A DNA stretch of 64,000 nucleotides from Geosiphon pyriformis uo1 (lineage: Eukaryota > Fungi > Glomeromycota). Numbering within the stretch: the first letter of the stretch is position 1; each line of letters opens with the position of its first letter. The notes under the pieces are model-generated. The model was not told the DNA's origin. It saw only the letters and a program-made list of their open reading frames with translations, and made no database searches. Below, piece by piece: positions 1-14,069 of the stretch. The translations under genes and the position numbers were made by a program. The stretch covers positions 943,580-1,007,579 of the forward strand of contig JAAOMT010000046.1 in assembly GCA_016748015.1 (NCBI GenBank), in the 5' to 3' direction.

Positions 1-631
1 AAAGAAATAGAATTCTGTCAAGGGAAACGTTTTCTATTCAGGCTTGGAGTCACTAACAGTTTACTGAAATTGGTAGCTAATCAATTTCAAAACATTAGTT
101 GGGTTTTGAAGATTTTCCAAGTGCAATAATTAAAAAATTTGGTTTTTCGAATTATTTGATATTTATTTCTTTTTGTGTATATAGGAATGGTTCTAAGAGG
201 TAAATCTAAAGTAAAATATATTTTCTTGAAAAAAGAAGCTCTTCTTTTATACAACTTGTCATAACACTATTCTATGAACTTGAACTTTGCTCTTTTCTAC
301 AATTTCGCTGAACTAAAGATACATTTCGGCAAACTACAAGTTATTTCTGCGAACTATTAGATATTTTGGTGAATTATCAATTATTTTGGCGAATTTCTAC
401 AAATTTTGGCAAACTTTTAAATGTTACATATTTTGAGGTATTACATAATTGATCATTGCAATTAAGTTATATTTGTGTTATATACAAATTGGGTTATTAA
501 TTAAATGATAATTTCGGACATTTTGCTAATGTAATAAGTAATAATTTGAAATGATAATATATGCTAATTAATGATAGAAATTATAAAGATAATTTTATGC
601 TAAATAATATCTTTAATTTCGTCTGGTAACA
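1..631 (-). mobile_element. LTR G (A/E-family LTR, cut by the window start), inserted 10 bp into the 3' LTR of element H
   Basis: Reverse complement begins TGTTACCAGACGAAATT at 631 and aligns with the LTRs at 18900, 27777, 43614 and 49825. It is followed by TCAG (632-635), GTAACA (636-641) and the reversed polypurine tract (PPT) of H. Confidence 0.9.
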
Positions 632-654
632 TCAGGTAACATTATCCCTTCCTT

Positions 655-1389
655 TTAAAATTAAGCTCCTGCAAAATCATCTATTTCAGCCAAGTTTGTG
701 TTTTTTGTAAAAAACTTGAATGTTGTCCCCAGTATTGTTTTTTGTAGAACTTTAAATTGGGTGTTTGTCATTTGTCCTATGTTGTTAACTGTGATAGTTT
801 TCAGAGTTTTGTTTAGTAGTATCATTAAACAGTATTTAAATGCTAAATATAATTAGTATGTTGCTTTGTAGTATAAGTTTAAGTTGTTTCTTTTCACAAA
901 TTCTTCTACTTGTCTGCAAGCTTTTTTGTTGATCGTTCGATGGTTGAGGTCTTCATATGAGTTATTTAATCCTAATTGTAATTCTATTTTAAATAGTCAA
1001 TAGATGAGTGGAAGTTTTTTTTTCCATTTCTTTACATTTTTAGGTGTCCATTCTCTTGTTACTAGCTTCAGTGTTTGCCTATTCAGACCCTTCCTTATTT
1101 TCTTAATCCTTACCCAACACAGTTCTATTTCTGTTATTATCCTTTTCTTCTTAGCTGTGTTGAGTCCTATCTATGCTGTATCTTTTTTTCTTTTTTTTTT
1201 ATAGAAAAAGGTTTGCTTGTAGAGATGAGACAGCTTAGTTCTAGTTGAACTCTTGTCCACTTCTTTCTTGCTCCTATCTTTGTATTGTATCTCTTTTTTA
1301 TCAATTGTGATTTCTATTTGAGTGAAAAATTGTTGAATTGCATCAAACAGTTGTTTCGAAAGTTGTAGAATTTGATCTGAAAGATCCAT
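655..1389 (-). pseudogene. H ORF3 (unknown protein downstream of integrase)
   Basis: MDLSDQILQLSKQLF... aligns with the ORF3 N-termini of A (MTIPQNIQQLSQKL) and D (MEITDNIHSLAQQLF). It ends ...DFAGA*F* just before the PPT. Confidence 0.75.
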
Positions 1390-1472
1390 GTTGAAAAGAT
1401 TCTATTGTTTTCTTGTCATTTTCTGGGTGGTATATATACTTGAATTTTCCAATTTAATTTGTTATGTGTTGC

Positions 1473-2839
1473 CTACGTTTCGATGACAATGATTGGTTTC
1501 AAATCTCATAATATATCTTTTGGTCTGATTAATAGAATTTGTGTTCTTAGTTGAGGTACTAATGATAATAACTGTTGTTTTGCATGATAAATTTTTAATT
1601 GATTCTCATGAGCTACTTTCTTTAAAATCCTGTCTTCCAATCATAATTTGTAAGCTCCATTTCCTAAAGCTTTGTGTATATGGAATGGGCCATCTCATTT
1701 TGGGTCAAACTTTCCACTCCATTGTTTCTCCGCTTTTGTATGATATAATAGTACTTGGTCTCCAATCTTAAATTCCATTGGTTGTTTGGATAGATGATTG
1801 TCATGTCTTTTTTTTTGTCATTTTTGAGCATTACTAATATTATCAGCTGCTGTTCTATGATTGTTTTCTAACGTTTCTATTAGCTGGTATGTTCTTTGGC
1901 ATAAAGTAGCTTCAAAATTTTTTTTGTTCATAGTTTTTGTTGGGTAGGATGCTATTTTTTGTTTAATAAGTAGCATTGCTTTTCTTTTATAGACTAATTC
2001 GAATGGTGTAAACTGTGTTATATTTTGTTTTAATGTTTAATATACAAAGAATACAGAAAGTATGAATAAGTTCTATTTTTGTTCATTTTTGTAACTTATT
2101 TTTGCTAATGCTTTACATAATGTTCTGTTAAACTGTTCTATCAGTCCATTTGTTTGTGAGTAATATGATAATAATAAAGGTCATTTTATACCAAATTGTT
2201 GACACAATTCAGTTAATGTAGTATTAACAAAATGTGTTCTTTGGTCTGATAACAATTTTTTCGAGCATCCATGTCTGCATATTAAATCTTGGTATACAAA
2301 TTCGGCTACTGTTTTAGTGTCAGCTACTTGGATTGTTCTGGCTTCTGGCCATTTTGTAAGATAGTCTATAACTACTGTGATGTAACAATTTCTTTTAGAT
2401 GTAATCAAGAAAGAACTAACCAAATCGATCCCAATTATATCAAATGGATTTTCAACTAAAATGGGTCAAAGTGGTTCTGTTATTCTGGTCCTTCTCTTTG
2501 CTGACATGAGTCACAATTGAGAACATATTTAAAGATATCCTTATACATTGTAGGCCAATAGTATAGATTTGTTGTTTTTTCCAGAATCATGTCTTTGTTA
2601 AAGTGTTCTGCAGTTGGATTGGAATGCATACTATATAATATAGCTTTTTTTTTACTGTCCTTGATCAATTGTTGTGAAGTGGTATGGTTTCATCATTTTT
2701 AATGATAGAATTGGTCATTTTGAATAAAGTAATTTTGTGCTTGTTTCTGTATGGTATTTTGTTTCTGTTGAGATAAAATCTCTTTGAAACATAGTGTCAA
2801 TAAGTACTGATATAATTGCTAATAAGTAAGTGTGTTTAT
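1473..2839 (-). pseudogene. H integrase (HHCC, DDE, GPY), in a separate reading frame
   Basis: HSNPTAEHF...CDSCQ, IDYLTKWPEA, LLSDQRTHF, and a DGPF/Y-type C-terminal module. Starts at ATA (probably a mutated ATG) at 2839, +1 relative to the RNase H frame. Confidence 0.85.
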
Positions 2840-2849
2840 GAGTCCAAGA

Positions 2850-5800
2850 TTAGGTTTGTAGTATCTTTGACAAACTGTCAGTGTTGGTGTTTTTGGATTC
2901 TTTCTTGTAATAAACTTTAAGTGAAAATTATTGCAGATAAGTACTCTATCTTACATATTTTTCTTCCAGCTGTGAGTTATTAAGTAGTCAGATTAATCTT
3001 TTATGATCAGTATATAGGTTGAATGGTTGGCTTAGGTAATATCTCCAGGTTTGTATTGTCCAATAAATGGCAAGACATTCCAAGTCTGTTGTACTATATA
3101 TCTTTTCTACTGGACTTGTGTTATAGCTAGCATATACAATTGGATATTCCCTTTTGTCTGGTTTGATCTAAAATAAGATAGCTCCTAGTGTATTTTTCGA
3201 GACATCTGTAGCAACAATGAAACTTTTGGTGAAATCTGAGTAAATCAATACTGGAAAAATAATTAACCACTGTTTGAGATAGTTGAATGTTTTCTGTTGT
3301 TCCTTCTTCCATTAGTATGATACATGCTTAGATAGCAAATAATGAAGTGGTTTTGTGATGGTTAAAAAACTTTTGACAAACTGTTAGTAATATTCTGCTA
3401 ATTTTAGGAATTCACATAGTTCTCAAAGATTGATGAAAGCTAAGAAATCTTTAACTTTCTGAATTTTGTCTGAATTGGATTTGACTCCATCTTTGCTGAT
3501 TACATGTCCTAAGAATTTCAGCTCAGTTTTCCTAAAGAAGTATTTGTTGGAGTTAAGTTTTAGTCCAGCATTTCAAAAACATTCAAAGACTTGTTGGAGA
3601 TATAGCAAATGTTTGTCAAATATTTTTGAGAACATGTTTGTGTTGTCTAAGTAAACTATGACTGATTTCCATAGAATTTCCTTATATATGATGTCCATGA
3701 GATGCTGGAAGATAGCAGGAGCATTGCAAAGTTCAAAGAGCATTACATTGAATTCAAAATTTCCATTTTAGATAGTGAATGCTGTTTTCCTTTTGTCTTT
3801 TGAGTTTATTTCAACTTGCCAATATTCACTGGCTAGATCTAGTGACAAAAACTATTTCTTTTTTTCTAAGTTGTCTAGGATTTCTTAAATAAGAGGAGTG
3901 GGATAGCTATCTCCTTGGGTAATGCTATTTAATTTCCAATAATTCACACAGAATCATATCTTTTCATTTTTTTTTGTAACTAAAACCATTAGAGAAAACT
4001 AAGAGCTTAATGATTTTTTAATCAGTCTGTTGTCAAGCATTCATTGTATTTCCTGCTTAATCAGATTATTATCAAATGAGGGTATACAGTAAGCTTGCTG
4101 CTTAATAGATCGAGCATCTCTGGTGTCAATCTGGTGTTTCACAATATTAGTATGTCCAAACTTATTTTTGTTGGCAAAGACATTAGCATATTGGTTCAAC
4201 AGAATCTTAAGTTGCATTTGCTGTAAAAGATTCAGTTTCCCAAGTTGAGTTTATTGATTTCTTCCAGCATGAACAAGTAACTTTCTTTTGGCAGATTTCA
4301 TACTTGTAAGATAATATTACAGAACAAGAACAATTGAGTAAAATCTGGAATGAGCTGGAGTTTTTCTGGATTCTGAATATCTGGAAATATGGAACCAATA
4401 AGAGTTCTCTTAGAAATTTTGATAATGTCTTCAGTTGAATTGTGAATAGAAATTCTGAAGTGCTTATAAGCTTTGGCTAATAAGTACAGGTTAGTAATGT
4501 CGGCTAGTGAGTAGATCTTGAAATTGGTCTCGAAAATTAGTGCTTGGTTCTGAATTCTTCAGTCAACTTTGAGAATATACTGCTAATAAGAAGGAATAGA
4601 AATAATGGTGTTAGTGTAGATAAGTTCTATCTGGTTATTATTCTCTTTTGTAAAATTGACCATTATGTTCCCTCTTTTACTTTAGCCAAACCCATTAATT
4701 TCTTGGGCAGTAAGACCTAATTCTTCTCATGTGATAACTAGAGCTAGTTGGAGTATTTGGACTAAAGATAGGAAGATAGCTTGGGTGATTTTTTCATAAA
4801 ATTCAATCTTGTAGGATTTGTCTGAATTGTTTTATAGCATCATGATGATGTTTTCCATATATCCAGCATCGATAATTTCTCTTTTTACATCAATTTTTTT
4901 CTTTGCAAGGCTCAATCTAGATGCTACTTGTATCATAGTACTAATCAGAATTTCTAACACTATTTTGAGATCTATACTTACTAAGGAATATGGTGCTATT
5001 ATTATGAGTGATTATTTGGGGTATTGTAAGTCAAAGCCAGTATTCATGTCATAGTTTTTTTCAGAGCAGATTCTTTCATTATTATCACTATACCATTTTA
5101 AATTTAATTTTTTTAAGAGGTCAGAATAGGTGAGATACTGTTCTGTTTTGGTAGTCTAATTCAGCTTCTGAAATAACATGTTCTTGGTAAGTAATTCCTT
5201 TTTTTCCTTAGGCTCAGATAATTTGGTGATCAGATATAGAATTTTGGAAAGCAGATTGAACATGAGATTACACTTGTCATAATATTAGAAGTGGCAAGAA
5301 ATTAAGCAGTGATTACATAGTTTGGTATTTAAATTAACTAGCCATTGTTCTTGCTCTTTTCGGGTTGGGACCAATTCCTGATATTAGTTCTAAAATACAT
5401 CAGGGTCATCTGTGAAAAAATCATCCATGGGATAGTTGGGTCTATTATATTTGGGTGTTTAAGAGTTGTCTTTGATTTTTTGTATCTTTTCGGGTGTGGT
5501 GCCTTTGGCTTTGGCACTTGTCATTCTCTAAATTTTGTGATCATCGTGTGGATAACTGTCTAGTTTATTGAGTGCTCATTTCCAAGCATTCTTGATAGAG
5601 GTTTCTTTTTGTACTCAATTGTTGATTAATATGATGTATTGACAAGCTTCGTCACATGTTTTTTCTTTGCCAGATACATCATTTCAGAGTTTTTTATCAG
5701 GCAGGATCTCATCATATGCAAGGTATGGTATGTTGTTCCACTTGCCTTGTTATTTTAGTCATCCAAATTTTTCCAGTACACAAGATTTGCAGTAGCATTT

Positions 5801-8656
5801 GGTGGTGGTGGGCCATTTTTTATTGTCTCTGATACATGCATCCATAGTGGATAGCTTCTTTCTACAATCAACACATATTAGTCTTGGAGATTGGTAAAAT
5901 AGATTTCTTTGGTCTAAGATTACATATCTTAGTAATGATGATTGGGGTTTTTCTTTGGCTCTGCTTTTTTTTTTTTTTTCCAGATTGATGATAGGGGTAG
6001 TTCAGTTTGATAATTGTCTGTCCATGAAACCTGATAGATCTTGATAGTTAGTAGTAGTGATGTGTCTTTGAATTCAATAAGGAGTTTCTTGATATGTTAG
6101 GTTTTAAAGTGTCCATACATAGCTGAAACTCAGGCATGCTGTCTGTTGAATGTGAGTTGAAGTTTTTGGGTGTTTCAGTTGAAAGTAGCATTGGTTTTTG
6201 ACAACCAATCATTTTCTATCAGAGCTTGATATTGAGTAGCTTTTATAACAAATACTTTGGTAGGGATCTGAATTCCATTAATCTCGAAAGAGAAGTTGTC
6301 AATTTCTTTTATTGGGGTTTTTGTGTTTTCATCTGTTGTAATAATTCGAGCAGTAGCAGCACAGTTTACTTGACAACCTAGTTGGTCTATAAACTGTTTC
6401 ATGATTATGCTACTGGTTGATCCACTATTCAGGATTAATTTAATGTCTATTCCTCTGACTCTGGCATCAGTGTATAGGGCTGTTATTAGTTTATCCTAAT
6501 TGATGGCTGCTTTACTAAAAAGGCTATGGGTGTTCAAATTATTAATATCAAAAAAAAATATAGTGGCTAGGGTGGTGTTTTCAGTAATAGTGGCTGGTGA
6601 AATATTGCTTTTTGTTTGCTTGAAAGATTGGAAGATTTGTTCTACATCCCTCTCTTTCACAGATGTAGATTTATCAAAACCCTGGTTTTCTATGAGACTG
6701 AGATAAAAAGCTTGATTTGGGTATCTGGTTGGTGCTGGTCAAAATTGGGCAGGACCATAAGTAATTAGTCAAGACGGTTCACTGTTGGTTTGTACCTAAT
6801 TGTTGTTGGAATTTTTCCATCTTTGATTATAGTTTATGGCTCAAAGTCTGAACTGACTATAAGAGGGAGTTTGATAGTGAGGGATTGCTTGTGTTATTGG
6901 TGGTAGTTGGTAATAATTCTGGGGTGGTAGTTAAGTGTACAGGACTTGTTGTGTATACTGGGGTAGTTGATTTTAAGAGATGGGATATTGGGATACTATG
7001 TTTTGCTAATATCTTGGTTGCTGATATTGGTTTCCTTGATTTTAGTTCATTATCTTCTTTCTGCAGTCATGGGCAATGTGTCCAGATTTCTGGCAGTAGT
7101 AACAATTATGGAAATTGGATCTCCAAGATTGTTGCTATTGCTAACAGTTCTGTTGTTGTGGGTATTTGTTGTTGTGAGTATCTGTTGTTGTTGTTATTTT
7201 TTCTCCATTGTGATAGTTGGTAAGTTTCTGTGGTTCCAGCTAAAAATTCCTCAATTTTCTGAGTTAGTTTCTCACTTAATTGGGTTATTTTTGCATCAAT
7301 GTTAGAGGTTCCATTAATGGCTAAATTAACAGCTTGAGTATAGTTTGCTTCTTGTTCTGTGGACTCAAAATTGCGAGTAAGAGTGACAGCATCTTGTAGA
7401 TTAGTTGGATGACAGGGTCTTATGGATCTTAGAATACTATTTTACAATCTTTTAATGAATTGATTAAAAACTTGTGCTGTGGTGTAGTAGTCTCTTTTAA
7501 TAGCTAATATTTGATGAAAAATTTGATTGAATTGTCTGAGATAAATAGTTACTGCTTCATGATCTTTTTGTTTAATTATGTTGAATTGATTCTGCAATTA
7601 ATTTAAAGTATTGGGATCACAAAAATATCATAGAAAGATGAGCTTAAAGGTGTTAAAGTTGGTTGGTTTTTTTGCAAGGCTTTAATACTACAAGTTTGCA
7701 GTTCTGGTTAGAAAAAATAGCAGCACTTGAATAGCTCTGTCATCATCCCAGTTGTTAGTGGTGATTGCTTTTTTGGCTTTCACAATCCACAAATACGCAT
7801 TGTTTTCTTCTTCTGAGAATTTTTCTAACTTAGTAATATCTTGGTAAGCCATGATCTGGTTGATAGATGGGATGTTACTGGTTATATTTAAGGGGATTGG
7901 TGTCTGTGTATTTGAGTATTCTCTGGATGCTAATACTGATTGTTTTCTTTTGTCACTTGAACCAATAGGTTGTAAAATAGCTGTTCTTTCTGTTAAAAAA
8001 AATGCTGATTTTACTGGGTTTTGTGCTGGTGGTTGTTCCCAAGTTGACATGTTTCCTTCTGTTTAACTAGCTGTTGGAGTAAGATTTCCAAACAGCAATC
8101 TGTATTCTCCTAGTGATTTGGTTCAACTGTGTTGACCCTAAGGGTGTAGATTTCCAGGAGTTCATGGTATTTCCAACTGGGTTTCTGAGAGTGGGTTGAA
8201 TACAATTCTACTTTGAGGTGTTTGATGGTATAAAGAAGTTGTTGAGAAGAAAAACTTTGATTTCTTGTTAACTGTGGACTTGTCTTGGACAGTTGCAAGA
8301 TTATTGGATTCATACTCATATTCCTTCAGATCAGATTCTACTGGTTGTTGTACTTAAGAGAATCATTTTGTCATGTAGTGTTTAATATCTGTATTGACTA
8401 TGTATAGAGTTTTAGTAATTGCTTGAATAGTGGTAGTTGTTGAGTACCCTAATAAGCTTTGATAGATTTATTCTCTAAGTTTTCTTGTATCAGTTGTACA
8501 GCCTAACAAGCAGTTGATTTTTGCATTGATATAGTTGCAAAAATCACTTTTTGCGATAATGATTTCTGCTAGTATTTCTAGATCTTTTCAAAAATATTGA
8601 AATAATGCTCTTCTGTAAGAGGAATGGTTCTTTTCTATTGTTCCAATAGTCACCAC
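2850..8656 (-). pseudogene. H gag-protease-Cys-rich-dUTPase-RT-RNase H polyprotein, with many stop codons
   Basis: Capsid-like KLEKFSEEENNAYLWI, protease LILNSG, dUTPase remnants at about 4685-5110, RT YLDN near 3650, and the RNase H end NTDSLSK followed by TAA at 2850. Confidence 0.85.
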
Positions 8657-8717
8657 TTTTGTGTATTTTTGGGATGTTCTGTTTCTGTGAATTTATAATC
8701 TCACAAAGAACACCAAA

Positions 8718-9607
8718 TGTTACGGGTAAACTGAATAGGGTATGGTAGTAACGTTTGGTGCTTTATTTTTGGGTCTTTCAAAGTTGTCTGCTCTTTCTGC
8801 AGTGTTAATGTTATCAGTCTCTGAAAATCTATTCCTGGATGTAAGTCTACCTGCTGAGTTTTTTGGTTATAAGGCACAGAGTTTGTCTTTTGTTAATTGT
8901 AACATTTTTCATAAATGTGAGCTTTCTTTTTCATGCTAACAAACACAGTCATTAGGGTCTGGCATTGTTTTTTCGCCTTTCTGGTAAGCTACCAAGATAA
9001 CATTAATATCCAAAACTTAGAGGGAGCTTTCTTCTTTTACCAGGCTATTATGAAGTCTATTTCAAAACAGTCGATTTTTCTATGTTGCCACTCTAAACAA
9101 AAAAAAAAAGAAAAGAAAAGAAAAGAATTAGTTCCTGTCAATCACCATGATCAAGAGCAATTGGTCCAAATTGTTAAGAGTTTGAAACATTTATGTTAAT
9201 AACATCTGTTCTAAAACAAAGGTAGGAAATACTGATTTTAATTTCAATTAAAATCTGTAAGATTGGAGAACATGAATTGGTAAATTGAATTTTTTTTGTT
9301 TTTTATAATTATTGTATTTTGGACTATGGATATATGATAAGTATAATACAAAGTAAAATTAATTGCTAACTAACTGTCTTTTTAACTTCTACAACTATTT
9401 GCTTTTATATATTCTTTTGGTTTTATAGGATTGCTTTCAATTGCTTCACTATTGTTAGCTATTGTTTTGTTATTGCTAGCTATTGCTCATTATTGCTAGT
9501 TATTGTTCATGTTTGTCTTATGTTATCTCGAGTTGTACCACATTTTTCTTGTCATGTTTTTTTGTTATGTTTTCCCATAGCTTTTTGGTTTTTCTACTTG
9601 GGTAACA
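8718..9607 (-). repeat. H 5' LTR
   Basis: TGTTAC/GTAACA termini, adjacent to the PBS. Shares CCTGGTAAAAGA...TAGCTTACCAG and GCTCTTGATCA blocks with the B/C/D/F LTRs. Confidence 0.85.
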
Positions 9608-12084
9608 CTACTTAATATATTTTGAATATTACAAGTAAGTTCTTCAATATTAATGATATTTTAATCAACAATAAAAAAATGGTGGCTATTTTTACTAATT
9701 AAAGAGTCAAAAATACCTCATTATTAATTAGTAATCTGCTGGTTTCTATTACACAAAGTAAGAAGTCTTATAGATATCTTGGTATCTTTCTATTTTCTAA
9801 TAATTTATTTAGGCCTAGTTTAAAGAAAATTTATTTAAATATCAGATTTTTTGCCAATATAATCTTAAGAAAAACTATTTTAAACAAGCAGTTCTTTTAT
9901 TTAGTTTTAGTTGTTCTTTAATTTATTGTTAATTACAGAACTTAGTTTTGTTTTGTTTTTAAGAATATATATAACAAATAAGATATATTGATTAAAAAAA
10001 ATTTGAAGATAAAAGCTGGCTTACTTAAAAATTTTTTCAATAAGACTTTTTATTATCCATTATTATATAATTTAAAATCTTTTAAGCAAATATAAGCAAA
10101 GAGTAAATTGGCTTTTTTATTGTATTTTTTAAATATTGGTGAAATTTTAAGATGCTTGTTTGAACACAAGTCTTTAGACTTACAAGTTTTGAGTTAGTTT
10201 TTTGTCTATTTTTTGTAGTATTCTGTAAAATTAAGAGTCAATTCAGTTAATAATTTCTTAGTTGATATAATAAAAATTTTTCTTGATTACAATATCTGTT
10301 TTACCAATTTTTTTTTTCTGTGTTTTGTTTTTTTGGTGGCATTTCTATATTCTTTGTCTTAAAAAATTTGGTGTTTTATAAAGTTTTTTACTTACTTAAG
10401 AGATTTGGTATTGTCTTTGTTAAACAATTCTATGATAAAAGAGAGTTGGTTTTTAATTGAAAATGTTTTTGTCATTAAAAAAGACTTAATTTCAGAGATC
10501 CAGTTTTTGCTTGGTTCAAGTTGGCTTGTAATTATCTGGTAAATCTTGCTCTATATTCTAATACTTAGTCATCTATTGGTGTCTTTTGACTTGTAAATGT
10601 TTTTGGTATTAGTGAGTTTTTTTCAGTCAAATAATGTCTCTCTAGTGCTGGTTTAAACATTATTAATGTCTATACAGATAAATCTTTAAAGATTTAGGCA
10701 TCTGTTAGATAAGATATAATACAGCTGTATTTTTTACCAACTTGAATTTAAGTATTAGTGTTGAGATTGGTGGTTTGGTGTCTTCTATAATAACAAAATT
10801 GCAGGTAATTGCTTTGGTATTGGAGTGTATTTTAGCTTTTAGTTATGTTAAAGTGTATTTAAATAGTTAAGCCACTTTGAATGCATGTATTACAAAATAA
10901 GTTATGATTTTATTTGACTTTTGTAACTGCTGTTGGCTTGAAAGATAAAATGTTACAAACTCTATTAAATATAAGAATTTCAATGTTTTTTGAGTCAAAA
11001 TCAAAGGCCATTCAGATGTCTTAAGTAATAAGCATGCTAATATGCTGGCCAACTTATCTTCGTGTTTGAATTTGTTATTTTCTATCTTTGTTAAGAAAAA
11101 ATATGTTAGTGCTGATAAAATAGTGGTATTTGAAAACATTTGTCATTTTATTTGTGATGTATTTAGAACAGTTTATCATGCTTGTTAAAAAATTGGGTCT
11201 GGTTTTGGTATTATTTGTAATAACATAATTAAGAATGTAGATTGAGTTCAGACTTCATTAGTTTGGCATCCAAACTTATATATAACATTAAATTATACAA
11301 GTAGAGTTTTTGCTGATCTATATTTCTATTTTATAAAAACTTTGCATTATTGCTTACCAGTTACTATCCAAAAATACTTATATAATAAAAAGTACTTCAG
11401 TGTGTTGTGTCTATATTATAGGAGAGTTGAGCTTTCTGATTATTTTTTTGTTTGTGTTATAGACTCTGGTATTCACAAAACAATACTTAATTTATGTATT
11501 GTCCAATAGAGTTTTGTGTTGAGTTTAAATTTGTCATCTTTGTGTATTTTCCAGTTGCTCTCTTTGTGTATATTTGACAATATTATGTACATTACTTTGT
11601 GTAAAGACTTTGTGTTTAGGAAGTGGTACTTAAAAGCTGTTTTAGTTTTTAGATATGCCAAGACTATTGGCATGAAAATTGTCAAATTGGTACATAAATT
11701 AGGGATTGCTCATTGAATTAATATGTAAATAATAAGAACTAGATATAGAGCATTTATGGAAAAGAAAAGTTTAATTAGATGTAATAGTTCTATAATATTT
11801 GATATTTGTGGTCTTTTGTTTTCACTTTTTGTTGGTGTTGTTAGATTGCTTGGTATTATTAAAGCTTATAACATTAGTTTTGGTTTTTATATATTCTGTA
11901 ATTTTTTTTCTGGTATTATTAGTGTGATTTTTGTTATGATAAATTTATAATGTTGTTTTAATTGGTCTAAATGATTGGTCATGTATAAAAAATGCATGAT
12001 TTGCACTTAGTTTAAATTACTTAATTTGATGTATTGTGCTAGGTAGTATTTGGGTCTTACTCATAAAATGTTAAAAAAAAAAAA
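9608..12084 (+). mobile_element. Heavily eroded LINE, 3' half (RT C-terminus, RNase H, CCHC, 3' UTR, poly-A)
   Basis: Ghost translation gives ILNI.SKFFNINDI.INN.K, YRYLGIFL, VYTDKSL (from VYTDGSL) and VKIKGHSDVLSNKHAN. The 3' UTR is homologous to those of the other two LINEs. A-run at 12073-12084. Confidence 0.8.
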
Positions 12085-14069
12085 CATACTATAGAAATTA
12101 TTATTAAAATCATACAAAAAAGGCTTATATTATTATATTTAATCAACAAAATTAGTAATTAGTTTAATAATAACAAAGAAATATAATACAATCTAATTAT
12201 TTAACTAAATTAAATACCAAAAAATCTTGACAAACTAAAAAAAATACCAATAGAAATTAAGAATTAATATATATAATTTAATAACAACAGACTTTATTAT
12301 GTTTTAAGATTATTATACATTCTTATTTATATAGTTTAATATTCTAGATTTGTAATTACTATTTAAAACTAGTTATTAAAAAATGTAATTAATTAATCTA
12401 TATTTAATTATGTTAATTATAAGTATAATTAATATTAATAATATATAATTACAGTTCTAAATTTAGTTATTTAAATCTGATTATTTAAATTATTAGCTTC
12501 TAGAAAAATAACATGTCAAGTAAACTTACAATTAATTTAATTAATTTAATATATATAAATAATTAATGTACTTAAAATAGCTTTAATATAGTATATATAT
12601 CTTATATAATTTAATTATACATATAGCTTTCTATAAACTAAAGAAAGTATTAGTTTTATATTAACTTAACTCTTTTTTATAACTTTATAGTAAGCAGTTA
12701 ATTATCTTTTTTATATGTTTTTTTTTTTTTTTATTAAAATTTAAATATTTTTTATCAATGTTTTAAGTATATATGTATTTTTTATTACTTTTTCGAATTT
12801 TTTATTATAATGTTAATCAAAGTAATAAAAAATATTACATTGTTAAAAATTGGATTTTAACAATAATGTTTTAATTAATTAAATATTTTAATTATGTTTT
12901 TTTTATGAAATTTTTTATAATTTTTTTATCTTTACTTTTAAAATAAGCTTTTAAATACCATATTTTTTTGATGATTTTTTAAAAAAAATTTGGTTATGTT
13001 TTTATTAAATAGTTTATCTTTTGATTTCGATTTATTTTTTGTGTTTTAAATATAAATTTGATTATTTTTTCTTATAAAACTCATATTAAAACTAGTTTTT
13101 GTTCAAAAATAAATAATAATAACAATTTTTTTTTGTTTTAACAATTTGTTTAATACTTTTTTACTCTTTTAAATATTAAAATAACTTATATAATTATGCA
13201 TATATTATAGTCAATAATAATATATATGATTATATATATTGTTAAAAAAAATATTGTTGTTAAAAAGTTCTTAAAACTATGCTTTTTTATCAGTAATAAT
13301 ATAATTTTTTGTTTTTTTAAGAATTTAAAATATTTAATAAAAAATTAGTAATCAAATTATTATTTTTTTATTTTTATTATTATTGCTTAAATAGTCAAAA
13401 AAATCAAAACAACCAAAAAACAATTATTTTAATTTTTGTTATAAATAACAGCAATTTTTTTGAAATATTTAAAGATTTTTTTTTTGGTTTTTCTAATAAT
13501 TTTAGTGTTTTAATATTAGTTTTTTTTATAAAAAAATAAAGCTAATTTTTAATGTTTTTATTAGTTTTATATTATTTATACCAATTATAATATTTAATTT
13601 TGTTGTAGTTGTAAATAAAAATAAATTTTTTACTTTAAATAACAAAAATAAAAATATATTAAACAATCTTAGTTTGAATTACTTTTTGGTTATATTTTTT
13701 TGTTTTTTAATATTGCTTTTAATAATGTTTAAAAAAAAAGTATAAATTATTAAAAATTTGTGAAATAAAAATTTTTTACTTTAATATTTATTATTATTTT
13801 TAAAATTAAATTAACTTTTATTAAGATTGTATTTTAATCTATACATAATTTTATTAATATTAAATTTGTATTTAAAAATAATATAAAACTTTTTTATATA
13901 AAATTTGCTTTTCAAGTTTTTTTGGATGTTGTATTTTAGATTAAATTTAATAATTTTGTTTATTTGTTTATTTTTTTATTTTTAAAATTGCCAAGTTTTT
14001 GGTTTATACTTTTTATTATTGTTGTTGTTTTATATAATATATTATTATTTATTTTAAGTTTTTTAAACC
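12085..14069. other. Extremely AT-rich low-complexity tract (continues at 35337-35484); pre-insertion host of LINE-1
   Basis: Almost no G/C and no ORF of 60 aa or more. The LINE TSD joins it to 35337 onward. Confidence 0.7.

Larger units (their letters stand above)
632..9607 (-). mobile_element. Ty3/gypsy-type LTR retrotransposon H (degenerate; gag-PR-Cys-rich-dUTPase-RT-RH / IN / ORF3)
   Basis: 5' LTR 8718-9607 (TGTTACCC...GTAACA on minus). PBS TTTGGTGTTCTTTGTGAG at 8700-8717. PPT AAAAGGAAGGGA at about 645-656. Only 10 bp of the 3' LTR (632-641) precede the G insertion. Coding domains are recognisable in the ORF fragments. Confidence 0.9.

Noticed and set aside
6500-7305. Hydrophobic antisense ORFs (here and at 21258, 40057, 46022 etc.) as membrane-protein genes
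   Set aside because: They are mirror frames of A/C-rich gag/pol sequence; the T/G richness gives spurious L/V/F-rich ORFs.
9608-9611. H flank as support for CpG-centred TSDs
   Set aside because: CTAC fits host codons GCT-ACT, and the other flank is outside the window. It is uninformative or contrary.
12085-14069. Hidden gene or centromere call in the AT tract
   Set aside because: There is no ORF or recognisable motif, and function cannot be inferred from composition alone.
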